The notes under the pieces are model-generated. The model did no database searches, had not been told where the DNA came from, and was given only the letters and a program-made list of their open reading frames with translations. Shown here piece after piece: positions 1 through 14,560 of a DNA stretch of 64,000 bases. The position numbers and the translations under genes were made by a program. Source of the stretch: the human T2T-CHM13v2.0 reference genome, Homo sapiens; assembly GCF_009914755.1 (NCBI RefSeq), contig NC_060926.1; one strand, written 5' to 3'. Numbering within the stretch: the first letter of the stretch is position 1; every line of letters begins with the position of its first letter.

Positions 1-419
1 TAAATTGTCATACTGAAAGGATAAGCTGAGGAAGAGTTTCTATAAAACTTTGCTGTGGATAAGTCAACTAAAAAGAAGTTACATGCCTTTTCACTTAGCT
101 GGCCAAAGTTGCTCATGGGCTACAAGAGAAACAAAAGATCATTGGTAACATACGTATTGCATGAAAACTTTTTTAACAATATGGTTTGTTGATAGTTAAA
201 GGCAGGAAAGTGGGAATTTTCTACCAAACTACTAAATGTTTATTATCATTAATATGTCTCTTAGTAATGTAAAGTAAAAAGGAATTATTGCTTTGAAAGA
301 AAAAATAAAGTACATAGGTAGTAAATAAATGATTCAACACCACCATAATGATATCTTTCTGGCTTTTCAAATTAAATGTACACATTTCTCCTGGTAATTA
401 GGTAATTTCTCATTTCCTA

Positions 420-520
420 CAAATGTGTGAGCTCCTTGATGGCAAGGATCGTGCCTCATCCCACCTCTGTGTAGTCTACAGGATGCAGTGCAGTTCCAGC
501 TGCATAAAGTTTTGCTAGCA
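420..520 (+). mobile_element. L2 3'-end fragment (degraded)
   Basis: tgtgagctccttgatggcaaggatcgtgcc resembles the L2 3' motif TGTGAGCTCCTTGAGGGCAGGGAC. Confidence 0.55.
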
Positions 521-1414
521 TTTAGGACATATTGATCACGTGCAACCTTCTCTTTTCTTGACTCTTCATTTCACTGCTTTATATTGCAAACAAGGTGCCT
601 AAGTATAAGGCCAGTCTCTCCTTGAAAGATGCAGTTCAGGGTGCCCATGTGGTTCTGGTATTCGCTTCCTGAAACTTATTTGTTTTGAGGTGACTCTTCT
701 CCTGTTTACTTTTGTGCAGAACTGTGTCTAGAGTTTGAAAGGGAGGCTGACAAGAAATCTCATAAAATTTTCTAGGAAACAAATTATCTGACTTTTAGGA
801 CTCTAAACATTTATTAAATTATTATTGAAGTTTGGGGGGTAAGTTTATTATACTACTCTTTTTAGGTGCACTTGAAAATTTACATAATCAAAATCTAGAA
901 GAAATTGGGACTTGAAACAAGGAAAAATACTATTTATAAGTTTGAGCATATATAAGAATAGAAAAACAAACACAAAGACATGGCGTATGTGTTTACTAAG
1001 AAATAAAACATATGTGTGCAATTTGATAAAACTTGAGTTCAAAATCTTACAGAAGGATTTTTTTTTTATTAATATAAGGTTTTAGTCTCTACTTACAGGG
1101 ACTAAAAAGGCTGAAGTTTTTAGAAGCTTATCACTGTCATGATCTCTTCAAGTAGATTAAAAATGGTCAAGTGTGAGGGGGTATTTTAAAAGGCTACAAT
1201 GATAATGAAATTTCCCTGCTAATTACCAGCATATGAGACCACAACTTCAGGCTTAGTTGTTACATGGGTGCATTCATTGTTTTGGCAGTGCTCACACACT
1301 GAACTTGGCCTGTCATCTCAAGTGTGCATCACAAAGAAAAACTACATTAAGAGTTTGATTAGTGCAAACCTAATACTACTGTTAGTGAAGCAACTCAAAG
1401 TAAATTGAGTTACT

Positions 1415-1680
1415 GATTTATGCATTTGTTTAAGCAATAAACATTAACTAAGGAAATATCTTGTGCAAGACACTGTTTTCTAAAGACTATAGGAGAAACA
1501 AGATATATTGTTCTTTTCCTCAATATTTTGTAATTTAGTTGAGAGGATTGACTTGGGTTCTTAACTGTAATATAAACAGACTGCAGTAAGTTCTACCAGA
1601 AAGGCACAAATGAAGGTCTAGAGAGGTTAGGAGGTAGAACGAAGTATTTTTGCTTTGAAAGGATGCCCCATTGATAATGG
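1415..1680 (-). mobile_element. L2 fragment (degraded)
   Basis: catttgtttaagcaataaacatt...tgtgcaagacactgttttctaaagacta resembles the reverse-complemented L2 3' end. Confidence 0.45.
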
Positions 1681-1696
1681 GTCAATAAAGTATCTT

Positions 1697-1860
1697 GCTG
1701 GGCATGGTGGCTCACATCTGTAATCCCAGCACTTTGGGAGGCCAAGGTGGGTAGATTGCTAGGGCCCAGGAGGTCGAGGCTCCGGTAAGCTGTGATTGCG
1801 CCACTGCACTCCGGCCTGGGCAACACAGTGAAACCCTGTCTCAAAAAAACAGAAAAAAAA
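1697..1860 (+). mobile_element. Alu monomer (FRAM/FAM-like or left/right-arm chimera)
   Basis: gctgggcatggtggctcacatctgtaatcccagcactttgggagg...ccactgcactccggcctgggcaac...A tail; TSD aaagtatctt (1687-1696) / aaaggatctt (1858-1867). Confidence 0.92.
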
Positions 1861-2166
1861 GGATCTTCATGTCTAACAGACTTCTAGATATATCAGTGTT
1901 AAAAATGTTATTTTCTGACCTGAAAATATCTTACCCCGTAGGCTTTAATTGCTTTTATAGACATTAGTAAATATATAAGGTCAAAGTATGATATACCATT
2001 TTAGTACCAGATGGAGGTTACAAGCTATTGAGTATACAAATACAGTTACACATCGATATGTATAGTATGATTCCTATTATATAATAATGTGTATATTTGT
2101 GTGTATCTACATATATCTAGCATGAATTTGAGAAAATTTTTGAGCAAGATATATACCTTTATATCT

Positions 2167-2242
2167 AATTCTTTATGCTAGACTTAACTATTTTTAAAGA
2201 TTATACAAACTTTAAAAATAGTTAAGTCTAGCATAGAGAATT
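2167..2242. repeat. Near-perfect inverted repeat/hairpin, 33-bp arms, 10-nt loop
   Basis: aattctttatgctagacttaactatttttaaag (2167-2199) is the reverse complement of 2210-2242 with one mismatch. Confidence 0.97.
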
Positions 2243-3064
2243 GAGTGAGTGGAGTAGAAGAAAATTTTACTTCATAGGTGATCCTGGGAGATTTTTACTT
2301 TTTCTTTTTAGCATTTTTCAAAATAAAAAGCTGTAATTTTAGTTTCAATATAGAAGAGATATTTTAAGACTTTCTAGTCCACGTCTGTGCCTTTGGCAAA
2401 ATAATAAAATCATATGTGCGGACATTGCTTGTTGCTTTTAGATTTTCCTTTCATTTAAAACAAAGTGCTAGACTATAACTGCATATTTTTATCATACAAT
2501 ACTAGAAAAAAAATACACCAAAATTAAGTGTGGTTGTGTGAGAGTGGTGAGGTATTTATTATCTTTTCATTATATTCCAATTTTTTGATAATATAATATA
2601 TTGTTTTGATTAGTATTAAAGAAGAAAATAGAAATTTATTTAAAATATATAGGCTTATATATGGCATGTATGTGCCTTTCAAGACTAGTGCAAGGTTAAG
2701 CTTATAAGACTATTAAAAAATATGTTTACAAAAACTAGGTACCCTTTATTTCTAAAGCATGAGTCAGTGAAACATTATCTATACATTATACTGTACATGA
2801 ACAATTAACAAGTTAGTGATGGCCATCTATGAGGAGGAGATTTATTTTTCTCAAAAAATGATGCATTCACATTAAAACTGTAACATACAAGTTGGACATG
2901 TCATAAACATCTGCTTAAAGTGTCAAGATGTTTTGGGTTTTTTTTTTCCTAAAAGTCAGTGGTAAAAGTAGGTAAAAACATTATCAGATATCAACACATT
3001 TATTAGGAAGTGTTCATCATGCATTTGCCACTCCTACTACCCAACAGCTGCACATAACAGAAAG

Positions 3065-3185
3065 GCCAAGGACTCCGGTTTCAGACTCAGGTCTACCACG
3101 TACATACCAGATGGATATTTTACCATGTTACTTAATCTTTCTCCGAGTCAGTTTCATCATTTGTAAGAAAGGAGTAAATAGAAAA
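3065..3185 (+). mobile_element. MIR fragment
   Basis: MIR core-like gttacttaatctttctccgagtcagtttcatcatttgtaagaaagg. Confidence 0.65.
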
Positions 3186-3346
3186 TAATGATTCTTTTTT
3201 TCTCTTGGTGGAAATATATCTACCATTTTTTTGTCAAAGAAACCTCATGCTTTCAATTGGGTGGGTGGGGGCCCTACGGACTATTAGAGAGAATAGTTGA
3301 GGAAGAGAAAGGAACTAATATTTATTATATGTCTTCTCTTTGTTAG

Positions 3347-4171
3347 CAAAGCTGACTTCATGGACATGTGACCAGTGCAGTCACACAAAGCTCCATGCCC
3401 CCTCAGAAATGTCCTGAACTTAGTTTAAGGCTCTATAGTCACCATTCTAAATTCTTAGTAATTATATCTTTCATTGGTGATTTGTAATTGAAGTCAGAAA
3501 TAACAATGGAGCAAGTGCTGGGGGCTTCCCCACCACCCCAGATGGGTTTCTGGCTGCCATCTCCCCTCCCCTCTGCATCCTGGGCCCTGACTGGCCTCCC
3601 TCACCCCATGGTGCCTGTTGGGGCCCTTCTCCCTTGTCAAGGGCCAGGGTGAAGGCGTGGGGAGGGTCTTGCATGCCCCGCAGTGTCTTGGAGTGGTGTC
3701 ATTGTACATTGCACAGGTGGGAATGAACATTTTATCCACTTGTGATCCAGGTACCTTCCTAGTGTGTCCTATCTGCCTCGGGTTGGAGTTGGGCTAGTAG
3801 GAAGGGAAGATGCCTGGCCCAATGCCCCTACCCCCAGAGCTGGGGCATGATGCATTGATTGGGTAGTCAGCAAGAGGGGCAATCTAGCACCTGATGAGCT
3901 GCACGTGTTCAGTTGAGTGCACACAACACAGGGCGAGACTGGGGACACCTGTGAGCATCTGTGAGCCTCTTCACTAGTCTGGTGAGTGTTCCCGTGCTCA
4001 AGGAGCACAACATTAATTAGCAAATGAAGAAGGTCCTGAGAAAGAGGCTGCGAAAGAAAAGTAAGTGCTTTATATATTATAATCTGTCATGACAATTTTA
4101 CTTGTCTTTAGGACCACACGCTCCAAATTTTCATTTTGTATTAAGCCCTGCAAGTTATCTAGCTCGTACTA
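3347..4171 (+). mobile_element. MER45-family hAT-Tip100 DNA transposon (MER45B/C-like)
   Basis: 5' caaagctgacttcatggacatgtgaccagtgcagtcacacaaag and 3' ttttcattttgtattaagccctgcaagttatctagc match the MER45 termini as I recall them; explains the GC-rich patch and the ORFs at 3471-4023. Confidence 0.75.
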
Positions 4172-4189
4172 AGTGTCAAGATGTGCATT

Positions 4190-4270
4190 AGGTTGCCGAA
4201 AAGATTAAATGAGCTAAGGGATGGTAAATATCTAGCAAAGGGTCTGGTACACATTAGGCCTTCAAAAAAA
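4190..4270 (+). mobile_element. MIR 3' fragment
   Basis: aagattaaatgagctaa...gtaaatatctagcaaagggtctggtacaca. Confidence 0.6.
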
Positions 4271-5492
4271 GAAGGATTATTGGAAGTAAACTGTGGGCCC
4301 AAAACACAGAAAAAGATTAGGAAGGATATCGTGAAAGGGACAAAGAATCCTACCAGCATCACTAGGGAAGGATCCTTCCATTTCGCTCTCCCTGCCCTGC
4401 CCCTCCCTTCAGTGTGAGAGGCTGTTTCTAGGGCATGATTTGACTCTTCGATATTGAAGATTTTTTTTTTGAGGATTTATTTACCACGTTTTTGATATAA
4501 TTATTTAGAAAGTGGTTTGGCAATGCAAGGGGCCATTTCTAAGAGCAGTGTGAAAAGGATTATATGTCGAACAAATCCTTTGCAGTGCCCCATCTAATCA
4601 CCTGAGCGGTATTTTGACACGGGTCAAAAAGGGAGGCTAGTGAAATGTTAAAGCCAGAAGGCTCCTTAGAGAAGCGCTATTTCAGCCTCTCTTTTTCAAG
4701 TGGATTTGCTGCTGTTTTCTCTTTTTCTGAGCATGTGTGTGTTTGAGCTACAAAGTGGAGCATGGCAGGAGCAGTGTGAACCTGTGCATGGTTACAGGCT
4801 TCACCAGAAGAAAAAAAATATCTGTCTCTGGGAAGAGAACATGCCCTGCCTATTTTTGTATAGTAAGACTATTCATGTAATAAAAGGAGTTTACATAGCT
4901 TGTTGAGAAATATTTTCCAGAAAATTAAGCCTCTATTTCTCTTACCTTCTTTTTAACTTTGCCACTAACCCATGAGCAATAAAACTGGGAAATCCTATAA
5001 AGCATTATGGCCAATAAAATAATTCATGAACGTAATATGTTTGGTCTGGGGAAATCTATTTTTATCCATTACATGGTACATGGAGTGCACTGTAATTTCT
5101 TCCAAGTAACTTTTGGAAGATATCAGGCAAAATAATTCAATATGACTAGCAGTTATTTTCTGGAGACTGGTATTGTTTTGACATGGAGTGCATTGAAAAC
5201 ATATGGTCTTTCATGTCTCTTGCCTGTGCTTTCCTTGAAAATGTTTATATTTGCTTGTGATAAAATGCATTAAGTTTCATAATCCTGAACAACCTTCTGG
5301 TTACATGATTCATTTTCAAACAGTGCAACTGGGGAAACAAGTTTTTACAAAAAAACAAAAAGATTTTCTTAAGTAGCTATGCATTTTGTACAACACAGGT
5401 GCCAATTTTGATATTTTTTTCAAATGTTAAAATTTCAAAACAGCTGCCAGGATAAATTTCTTTATGCTGTGCCCTGTCCTTTCCCCAAATAG

Positions 5493-5514
5493 CTCGTACT
5501 CTTCAAGAATCGAT
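5493..5514 (+). other. Candidate 22-nt microexon (unverified)
   Basis: ccctgtcctttccccaaatAG | ctcgtactcttcaagaatcgat | GTAAGT; two CpGs retained. Confidence 0.25.
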
Positions 5515-5901
5515 GTAAGTTTAGCCAGGACTTATCAGCTTACAAAGCTTACAAAGTCTGTGCTCATTTTACCTCCTGATGTGGTTTCAGTGTTCAGTGA
5601 CCCTTGTGATTATGACAGTAAGCGTTTTCTATGCATGTGGTAGAATGAGATGGCTCAAGTGAAAGGTTTTCCTTGACATAAGATGATCATAAAAAGTTCA
5701 TTTTTTTTCATATTCTGTGATGAATCTGCCAGGCATGATTGCTAATGTGTTCTTCTTTTAGGTTCAGAATCAGTAATCTTTCTCCTTAGCATTTGCTGTT
5801 TTTAAAGAAGTAAAAGGTGATTTTGGCTGTGTTCATTAACAATGGGAATCCAAAGCAAATTTTTAAGACATCTAAATGTACTTTAAAAAAAAAATTTTTC
5901 A

Positions 5902-6209
<308 letters not shown>

Positions 6210-6913
6210 TCAGATATACTGAAATCAAATTTTAGAAATTTCATCCCAGTTGTTCAAACTTTATACTTTGATTACTTTCATTAGATGCAATATAATTTAT
6301 TAGAACATACACCATCTTTCAAAACCATATATATTTTTACTTTTTCTGCCTTTATTTCTGTTGATGGCAAATTCAGCTTAATATAGTGGTCGGTGCTAAA
6401 TTTAGAGTAGTTGTAACGTGCTGGTGGAGGACTTTATTCCAAACTAGAATTCTAAGGCCTATTTGGAAGATTGGAAAATACCTCAGTATATCCAGTGTTG
6501 AAAGTCTGCAACTTTTTTCCAAAGCCCCGTTATAATACTTATATAATTAAATGTTCCAGTAATGTGAAATGTCTGAATTGATTGGAATTATGTCTTTTTT
6601 AGAGAATATCAGCATACCAAAGAAGAATTTAAAGAGAAAATCCCTACCCCCAAATTTATGGCAACATCAATTAAAATATCAGTGTAATTACAATGCCCAG
6701 TCATTTTATAATGAATATAGTTTTCTAAAGCACACAATTTTCCAGTAGTTTCAGCTAACTTTCAAAGAAAAAGTATTTAATCTTTATTTGAAGTATTAGT
6801 TAAAGAAAGGCAAAAACAGCTTGGATACAAGCACGCTGGAAATCATTCAAGATTCAAATTGTTAAAACTGATTCAATCTGTTCACTGTCTTGGGTGTTTC
6901 AGAGATTACTCAC

Positions 6914-6996
6914 CTGTAGTAAATTGAAAAACCAGGAAACACTGTATTGTTACATTTTCCAGTTGGACCATTAAGTACTTTCTGGAGATTCCTTCT
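6914..6996 (-). other. Candidate 83-nt exon, minus strand (unverified)
   Basis: Minus strand: cccatatttttcAG|AGAAGG...TACTACAG|GTGAGT (consensus donor). Confidence 0.3.
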
Positions 6997-8659
6997 CTGA
7001 AAAATATGGGCATGACATGCACTGTTTATTATATTTGTTTTGAGAAGAAGATAATAATAGCAACAAAGAAGTAATCATCTTAAAGATGTACAAATATTCC
7101 CATATGGGCAACACATGAATTCTCAAGGTTAAGACACTTTGAAAGGGATTTTTGACTTTAGGGAAGTTACATGGGAATAGGATGGGAGAATCAAGCCAAC
7201 CGTTATTAGTATGATTAAACCATTCTTATACAGGCATTACCTAGAATAGAAACAAGTCATCCAAAACCTGATTGAAGTGAGATAATGAGTATAATAAGCC
7301 ACAGAAGCAAGAGAAATCAGGGTGCCTCCAAACAGCTTTGTTTGATTAGTGTATTAAATTTAGAGGTCTGTAACCTGGAAGGGAGTATTTAGTAGCATTA
7401 ATATTTTTAGATGCTACTCCAAAAAATCTCACAAGTACTTTGTGACCCAGAGTATAATTCTTATTATCCAATTTCACTGTGAACATTTTATTCAAGGAAG
7501 AAATATTAGAACTTGTTAAAAGTACATGTCATAAATTTGTCAGAAATAATACGCCTCCTTCTTGTAAAATATTGATATTCTGGATGTATTTCTTACTATG
7601 ATCTTAATTACCTGAAATCAATTTGGCATGCTTTGTAATATCTGTAAGGGGTTCTTGCCCATCTCAAATCAATAAAATATTTTATGTATTGAAGATGTTT
7701 CTGTTTTAGCAGTCAGATCCAGCCAGCAGAGCAGATTTCTGAGTCTGATATTGAATGGTTTTGTTTTGGAACATTGTGGATTGTGAACATTTTTGTGGTG
7801 GGAGCCAAAGAGAATAGAGCTTTGTCCTATGAATGTATATTCTAAAATTAGTCAAAATTTAACTTGTTTAGTTTAAATATTTCAAAATATATTTTCAACT
7901 CCTCAACTTTAAAACTATAAAAATATTGTTGACAAATATCCATTTTTTTCTTACCACAAGCCACTTTTCAGTATACTAAGAGAATAAGAATTAAGTTCAA
8001 AACAGCAATCAATGTATCCCTGGGAAAACAAGTTCTGATGATTTTGTTTTTTGTGTAAATCTGTTCAAGCTGAATCTAACCATGTGTAAAGGAGCTAGAG
8101 ACCAGGCCCTGCAACCTGTGCTGCCCTCTCTTTAACAAGGTTTTGGTCAATAACTATAACTGAACCACAAAAACAGATTATATATCCTAATTTAAGGGAC
8201 TTTGGGGTTCTGTTTTGGAGAAACTTTATGCCCCGGCTCTTGCTTGAATAAGAAAATTCTGACAAACATAGCAAAATCCAGGTTGATGCTGGCTTCTGTT
8301 GAGGAACTAAGGAGAAGGCCAAGGGCTTAAACTATACTGTGTACAAGAAGCAGCTGAAAGGTACCCTTTGTGATTCTTTTGGCTAGTTAGAAATTTTTCA
8401 AAAGTATATCTTGTTCGTAGGAGGCAACCTCTAGACTCACACATAATGAGCAGCCTTGGAAAATTGTCTTCACCTGATGGCTCCATTTTTAGCAGTCATT
8501 CTGAAACCTAGCACTGGGGGAGATTAACAGAAATCAAGTTCTTCTGTGAAGGCAGTTGAGACTATTTTACTCATTCCAAACACACAATTTAAAGGAGTGT
8601 AAAAAAAGAATGTGACATGAACACAATACCTATTGCAGAATCCACATATAGAGATGGTC

Positions 8660-8800
8660 AGAAATTGTCAGACCTAGAAAGTTCTCAGAGTTAGAGGTCA
8701 TTTATTACAAATTGCTCACCTCTTTTTCTTATCAAGTAAACAGAGGACTGGGGTGATTTAGTGACATTCTTGCTAAGGCATACTTATGTGACAAGGTGCA
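8660..8800 (-). mobile_element. MIR/MIR3 fragment
   Basis: gtaaacagaggactggggtgatttagtgacattcttgctaaggcatac resembles the MIR core. Confidence 0.45.
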
Positions 8801-9229
8801 GAAGTAATTGGCTAAATGGCAAATTGAAACTAAAATTCTTGTTTGAAATCTATTTTTCAGATTATGCTTCTTAAAACTTGTCTTAAATCAGTTACTTAAA
8901 TCCTCAAAATATTTCAAAGCTTTGTCATTAGCTACCAGATGAAGAACAAATGCTTCCAGCTGGTGTTCAATATCTTCTGATTTTCCTTTACGGTGGAGGT
9001 CAGAAAGCTCAAATACCTGCTGAAATCAGTTACCTAAGAATTGTTGAAGCAAGATTTATGAAAAATGTTTATCTTTATTACAAAACAACAACAAAAACTC
9101 AGCCTAGTCATAAAAATAGAAGGCAACGGACATTTGCAGAGGTAATAGGAAGTGTTAGGGACTGTGGCCTTCAACACAGTACCTTCCCTGACCTGCAGGG
9201 GTCTACTTCTGCTCAAATTCATTGATTAC

Positions 9230-9460
9230 TGACATGTGGGGATGCAAACCCAGCATTGCTATCAGAATTTTAGATTTTTCGAGAAGCCAAACATTTAGAG
9301 TTGTATGTGTAATCTCCCAATATTTAAATACTGGTTGTTAAACACCCACTTTCTTTCTCTTGCTCATTCTCTCCTTCTTATTATAGTTAGGAAACTAAAT
9401 ACTGAGCAGGTCAAACAAATCATCAATTTGCTCAATTCAGCTCTGGTCTGACATTTACTC
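9230..9460. mobile_element. MER103C-like hAT-Charlie fragment
   Basis: gatttttcgagaagccaaacatttagagttgtatgtgtaatctcccaatatttaaatactgg resembles MER103C. Confidence 0.5.
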
Positions 9461-9499
9461 CCTAGGTATTGTAGTAGGTGTCTCTTACTCCCTGTATAT

Positions 9500-10210
9500 A
9501 GGCTTTATGTTCCATGCTCCACCTTTCTCCTATCATGACTTCCATGGTCTTGCCTCTTTGCCTTTGTTCTTATAGTTCTTATCCCCAGGAAAGCCTTATT
9601 TACATCCAGTTTATTGAAAACTTAACCTACCATCACAATCGACCTCAAATTCTTTTTTTTTTTTTTTTTGAGACGGAGTCTCGATCTGTCACCCAGGCTG
9701 GAGTCCAGTGGCATGATCTCGGCTCACTGCAAGCTCTGCCTCCTCCAGGTTCACGCCATTCTCCTGCCTCAGCCTCCTGAGTAGGTGGGACTACAGGCAC
9801 CCGCCACCACGCTCGGCTAATTTTTTTTGTATTTTCAGTAGAGACAGGGTTTCATCGTGTTAGCCAGGATGGTCTCAATCTCCTGACCTTGTAATACGCC
9901 CGCCTTGGCCTCTCAAAGTGCTGGGATTACAGGCGTGAGCCACCGCGCCCGGCCGCTACCTCAAATACTATGTCCTCCATAAAACTCCTCTCAATCCTCT
10001 CTGCCAGGCATCCCACTTCCTTTTACATTTCCTGAGTAATCTCTTTTGTGCTCCATTGCTTAACTCTGCCTTGTACATTTGCTGTTTATACTTTTATGCT
10101 CCTACTCACTATAAGATGCATGAGGCAAGACCACCTCTGGAAACTCCACTGTCTGCAAATAACACCTAAATATAGAGGAAACTCAAATCTGATTTTGAAC
10201 TTATCAACAG
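9500..10210 (+). mobile_element. L2 fragment interrupted by an Alu
   Basis: L2-like cctcaaatactatgtcctccataaaactcc and ctataagatgcatgaggcaagacc on either side of the Alu. Confidence 0.5.
9653..9954 (-). mobile_element. AluY-like full-length Alu
   Basis: Poly-T, then gagacggagtctcg...ctgcaagctctgcc...ggttcacgccattctcc...gtgttagccaggatggtctc; TSD approximately acctcaaattct / acctcaaatact. Confidence 0.96.
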
Positions 10211-10940
10211 TTGGGAAGGAAGATTCTCTGTGTTTGAGCATTTTTGTTTCCACCTAAAAACTGTAGGTCATCTGCTTATTAAAAGTAGGTGGGTTCATCC
10301 AATCCCTTTCTTCCTCCCCATAGCCCAGATACCATTGCACTGTATATGTCAGAACTCACTTTCGTGGCACATAATGTGATGTGGAATCTACTTTTAAGGA
10401 GGAAAAGTATCACTGTACAGGAAGATCAGCTGGTATATAGAAAGTTGATTCTAGCCAGGATGATGTGCCTATTCCCTCCTCAATAAAAAGGCAACAGATT
10501 TATTCATTCTTCTTCTCATTTAGAGCCCTTTTTATTCCTCTTTCTGATACCATGAAATATTGTTCAATATTCAGAGTTGATGTTTTGGGCCTGAACTTTC
10601 TTTGCTATACCACATTAAGTTCTGAGCTCCTGATCAGATAACAGGCAATCAGGTAGGCCTCTGCACAGCAAGTAAATGACCACAGAGTACATTGAGAACT
10701 TAGTCATGCATATTTAAAAGCATTTAGCCTGAGCACATTTTTATTGATGAATGATAAATGCTTTGACATACCACCATCTTGCTACTTAAATTTAAACACA
10801 TCCCGGTAGTTAGTCCCTCAACTTTTAATTGTAAAAAAGCCTTTATAGAAAGTCATGCTTTTGTTCCACTCATTCACTAGGCCGAGGTCTTTAATTATAG
10901 TTTAAGAAATTTTACTGTAGCCAGGACATGCCCTAAGCTA

Positions 10941-12917
<1,977 letters not shown>

Positions 12918-13817
12918 AAAATAATTAAAAGATTCAGGGATTTTAAAATAAAAATACCCATTTCCCAGCCACCTAATACATAATCATTAATTTGATGTCT
13001 TCTGATTTCTTTCAGGTTTACACCAAAATATGCAAATACTTTTTACCTAGTTTTAAGTATACTTTATGTAAACTTTTTCTAGACTGCTCTTTTACATTCC
13101 CCATATTCGAGTAGATTGTTTTATCTTTTGATGGAAAATTATCTATAGATATAATAGGACCTAAATATCTATATTTTGAAGGATGCTGTTTTTACAGAAA
13201 TCAATAAAAATATAGAATCATAAATCAGCAATGACTATAGGCTCTCCCTAAAAATACAGGCTCTCGCTTCAATAGTGTATTGTTTGCTGATGCTGGAAGT
13301 GCAGTCCTAAGATCACTATACAGAATAGATTCATAGAGGACCTGAGGAAATATTGAAAGGCAGATGCTCACCAGTATTCATCTTTAAAAAAGTATAACTT
13401 GTATTTATGAAAAAATTGACTACTGTTAGAAAAGAATTGACACTGGTGTCATATCAGCCAGTCATGAGTTACTTATGGTCTAAGAGTTATCCTTAGGAGG
13501 TTTTCTGAGGGAATCCTGGGAATTCCCCAAAGTGGCAAGGCTGACAGGACCATCCTCCTTGCTGTTAGCTTTAATATACTGTGTAGTATTGCTGTCCTGT
13601 GCATGCAGTTAAGTAGCTTTATGGATTGTATGTTTTAATTTGAAAAATTTGCCCTCACAAAAGGGATAAGTGGCTTTAAAAATTCCAGAAAAAAACCTAA
13701 AGGTTGAAGATAATAATAACAGAAGCCAAGCAAATTTTAACAAATATAAAAATTCTTCACATAAATGGCAGGCGATAAGCAGAGTATCATGATTTATATT
13801 TTGATAAATATATTTAT

Positions 13818-13890
13818 TTTTTCATTCACAATAAAATTATTAAATAGTGTTATTAATTAGTTATTAAATAGTGTTTTTCATTCACAATAA
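13818..13890. repeat. Nested direct repeats A-B-x-B-A
   Basis: A = tttttcattcacaataa (13818-13834, 13874-13890); B = ttattaaatagtgtt (13837-13851, 13861-13875). Confidence 0.9.
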
Positions 13891-13919
13891 TTTCTTTCTA
13901 CACTATTTTTAAAGCCCAC

Positions 13920-14510
13920 TCCTATTCCTTGAGTGTGAAGTGGGAAGGAGCAGAATGTCTGCCTCGCGTCCAGGAGCAGTGAGGCTGTCACCAGCAAGCA
14001 TGGGGACCTGAGAGACCGTGTGGGTGGGATGAGGCAGATGCATTAGGGATCTCAGAAACTGACACCTGAAGAAGCCATGTGTTGAGGGGAATTAGTGGAG
14101 TTAATATGGATTGATATTAGCTGGATGCTCATCCCTGCTAACCCCTTTTCCCTGGTATGTTATAACTCCCTCCAATCCCAAATAAGAAACAACAGAAGCT
14201 CAGCATGGCATGGTGGTATACACTGTAGTCCCAGCTAACTCAGGAGGCTCAGGCAGTTTTGAGAAGCCCAGAAGGTCAAGACTGCAGTGAGCCATGATTA
14301 TGCAACTGTACTCCAGCCTGGGTGATGGAGCAAGACCTTGTCTCTGAAAAAGAAAAAAAGAAAGGGGCAACAGAGAGAGAACAAAGAAAGAAGCCCTGGA
14401 TTGACAGAGTAGATTTCAGCCACCGTGTGGAATAGGGGGCTTAAAAGAGAAATTACAGACATTTCTTACACACCTAAGTGTGTGGCCTGAAAATTATACC
14501 AGCTCCAATA
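13920..14510 (+). mobile_element. Possible ancient LTR (Gypsy-like/MamGyp), interrupted by an Alu monomer
   Basis: 3' gacatttcttacacacctaagtgtgtggcctgaaaattatacc resembles ancient mammalian LTR ends; weak recall. Confidence 0.3.
14203..14362 (+). mobile_element. Alu monomer (FRAM/FAM)
   Basis: ggcatggtggtatacactgtagtcccagcta...ctgcagtgagccatgatt...actccagcctgggtga...A tail. Confidence 0.88.
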
Positions 14511-14560
14511 TATACAGAGAGCAGTTTCAGTTCTCTTTTATTTATCTTCCTCTTTTACAC

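Noticed and set aside
1593-1844. Alu-derived ORFs (also 9514-9780, 32819-33052, 46231-46506, 49930-50133)
   Set aside because: Typical antisense-Alu translations (LECSG..., ASQSAGIT...); no coding evidence.
3471-4023. GC-rich patch with three ORFs, possible island or exon
   Set aside because: Bounded by MER45-type termini; explained as DNA-transposon internal sequence.
5762-5816. Good acceptor ttcttctttTAG|G at 5761
   Set aside because: Only a weak matching donor (AAG|GTGATT); lone acceptors such as those at 8860 and 13015 are common by chance.
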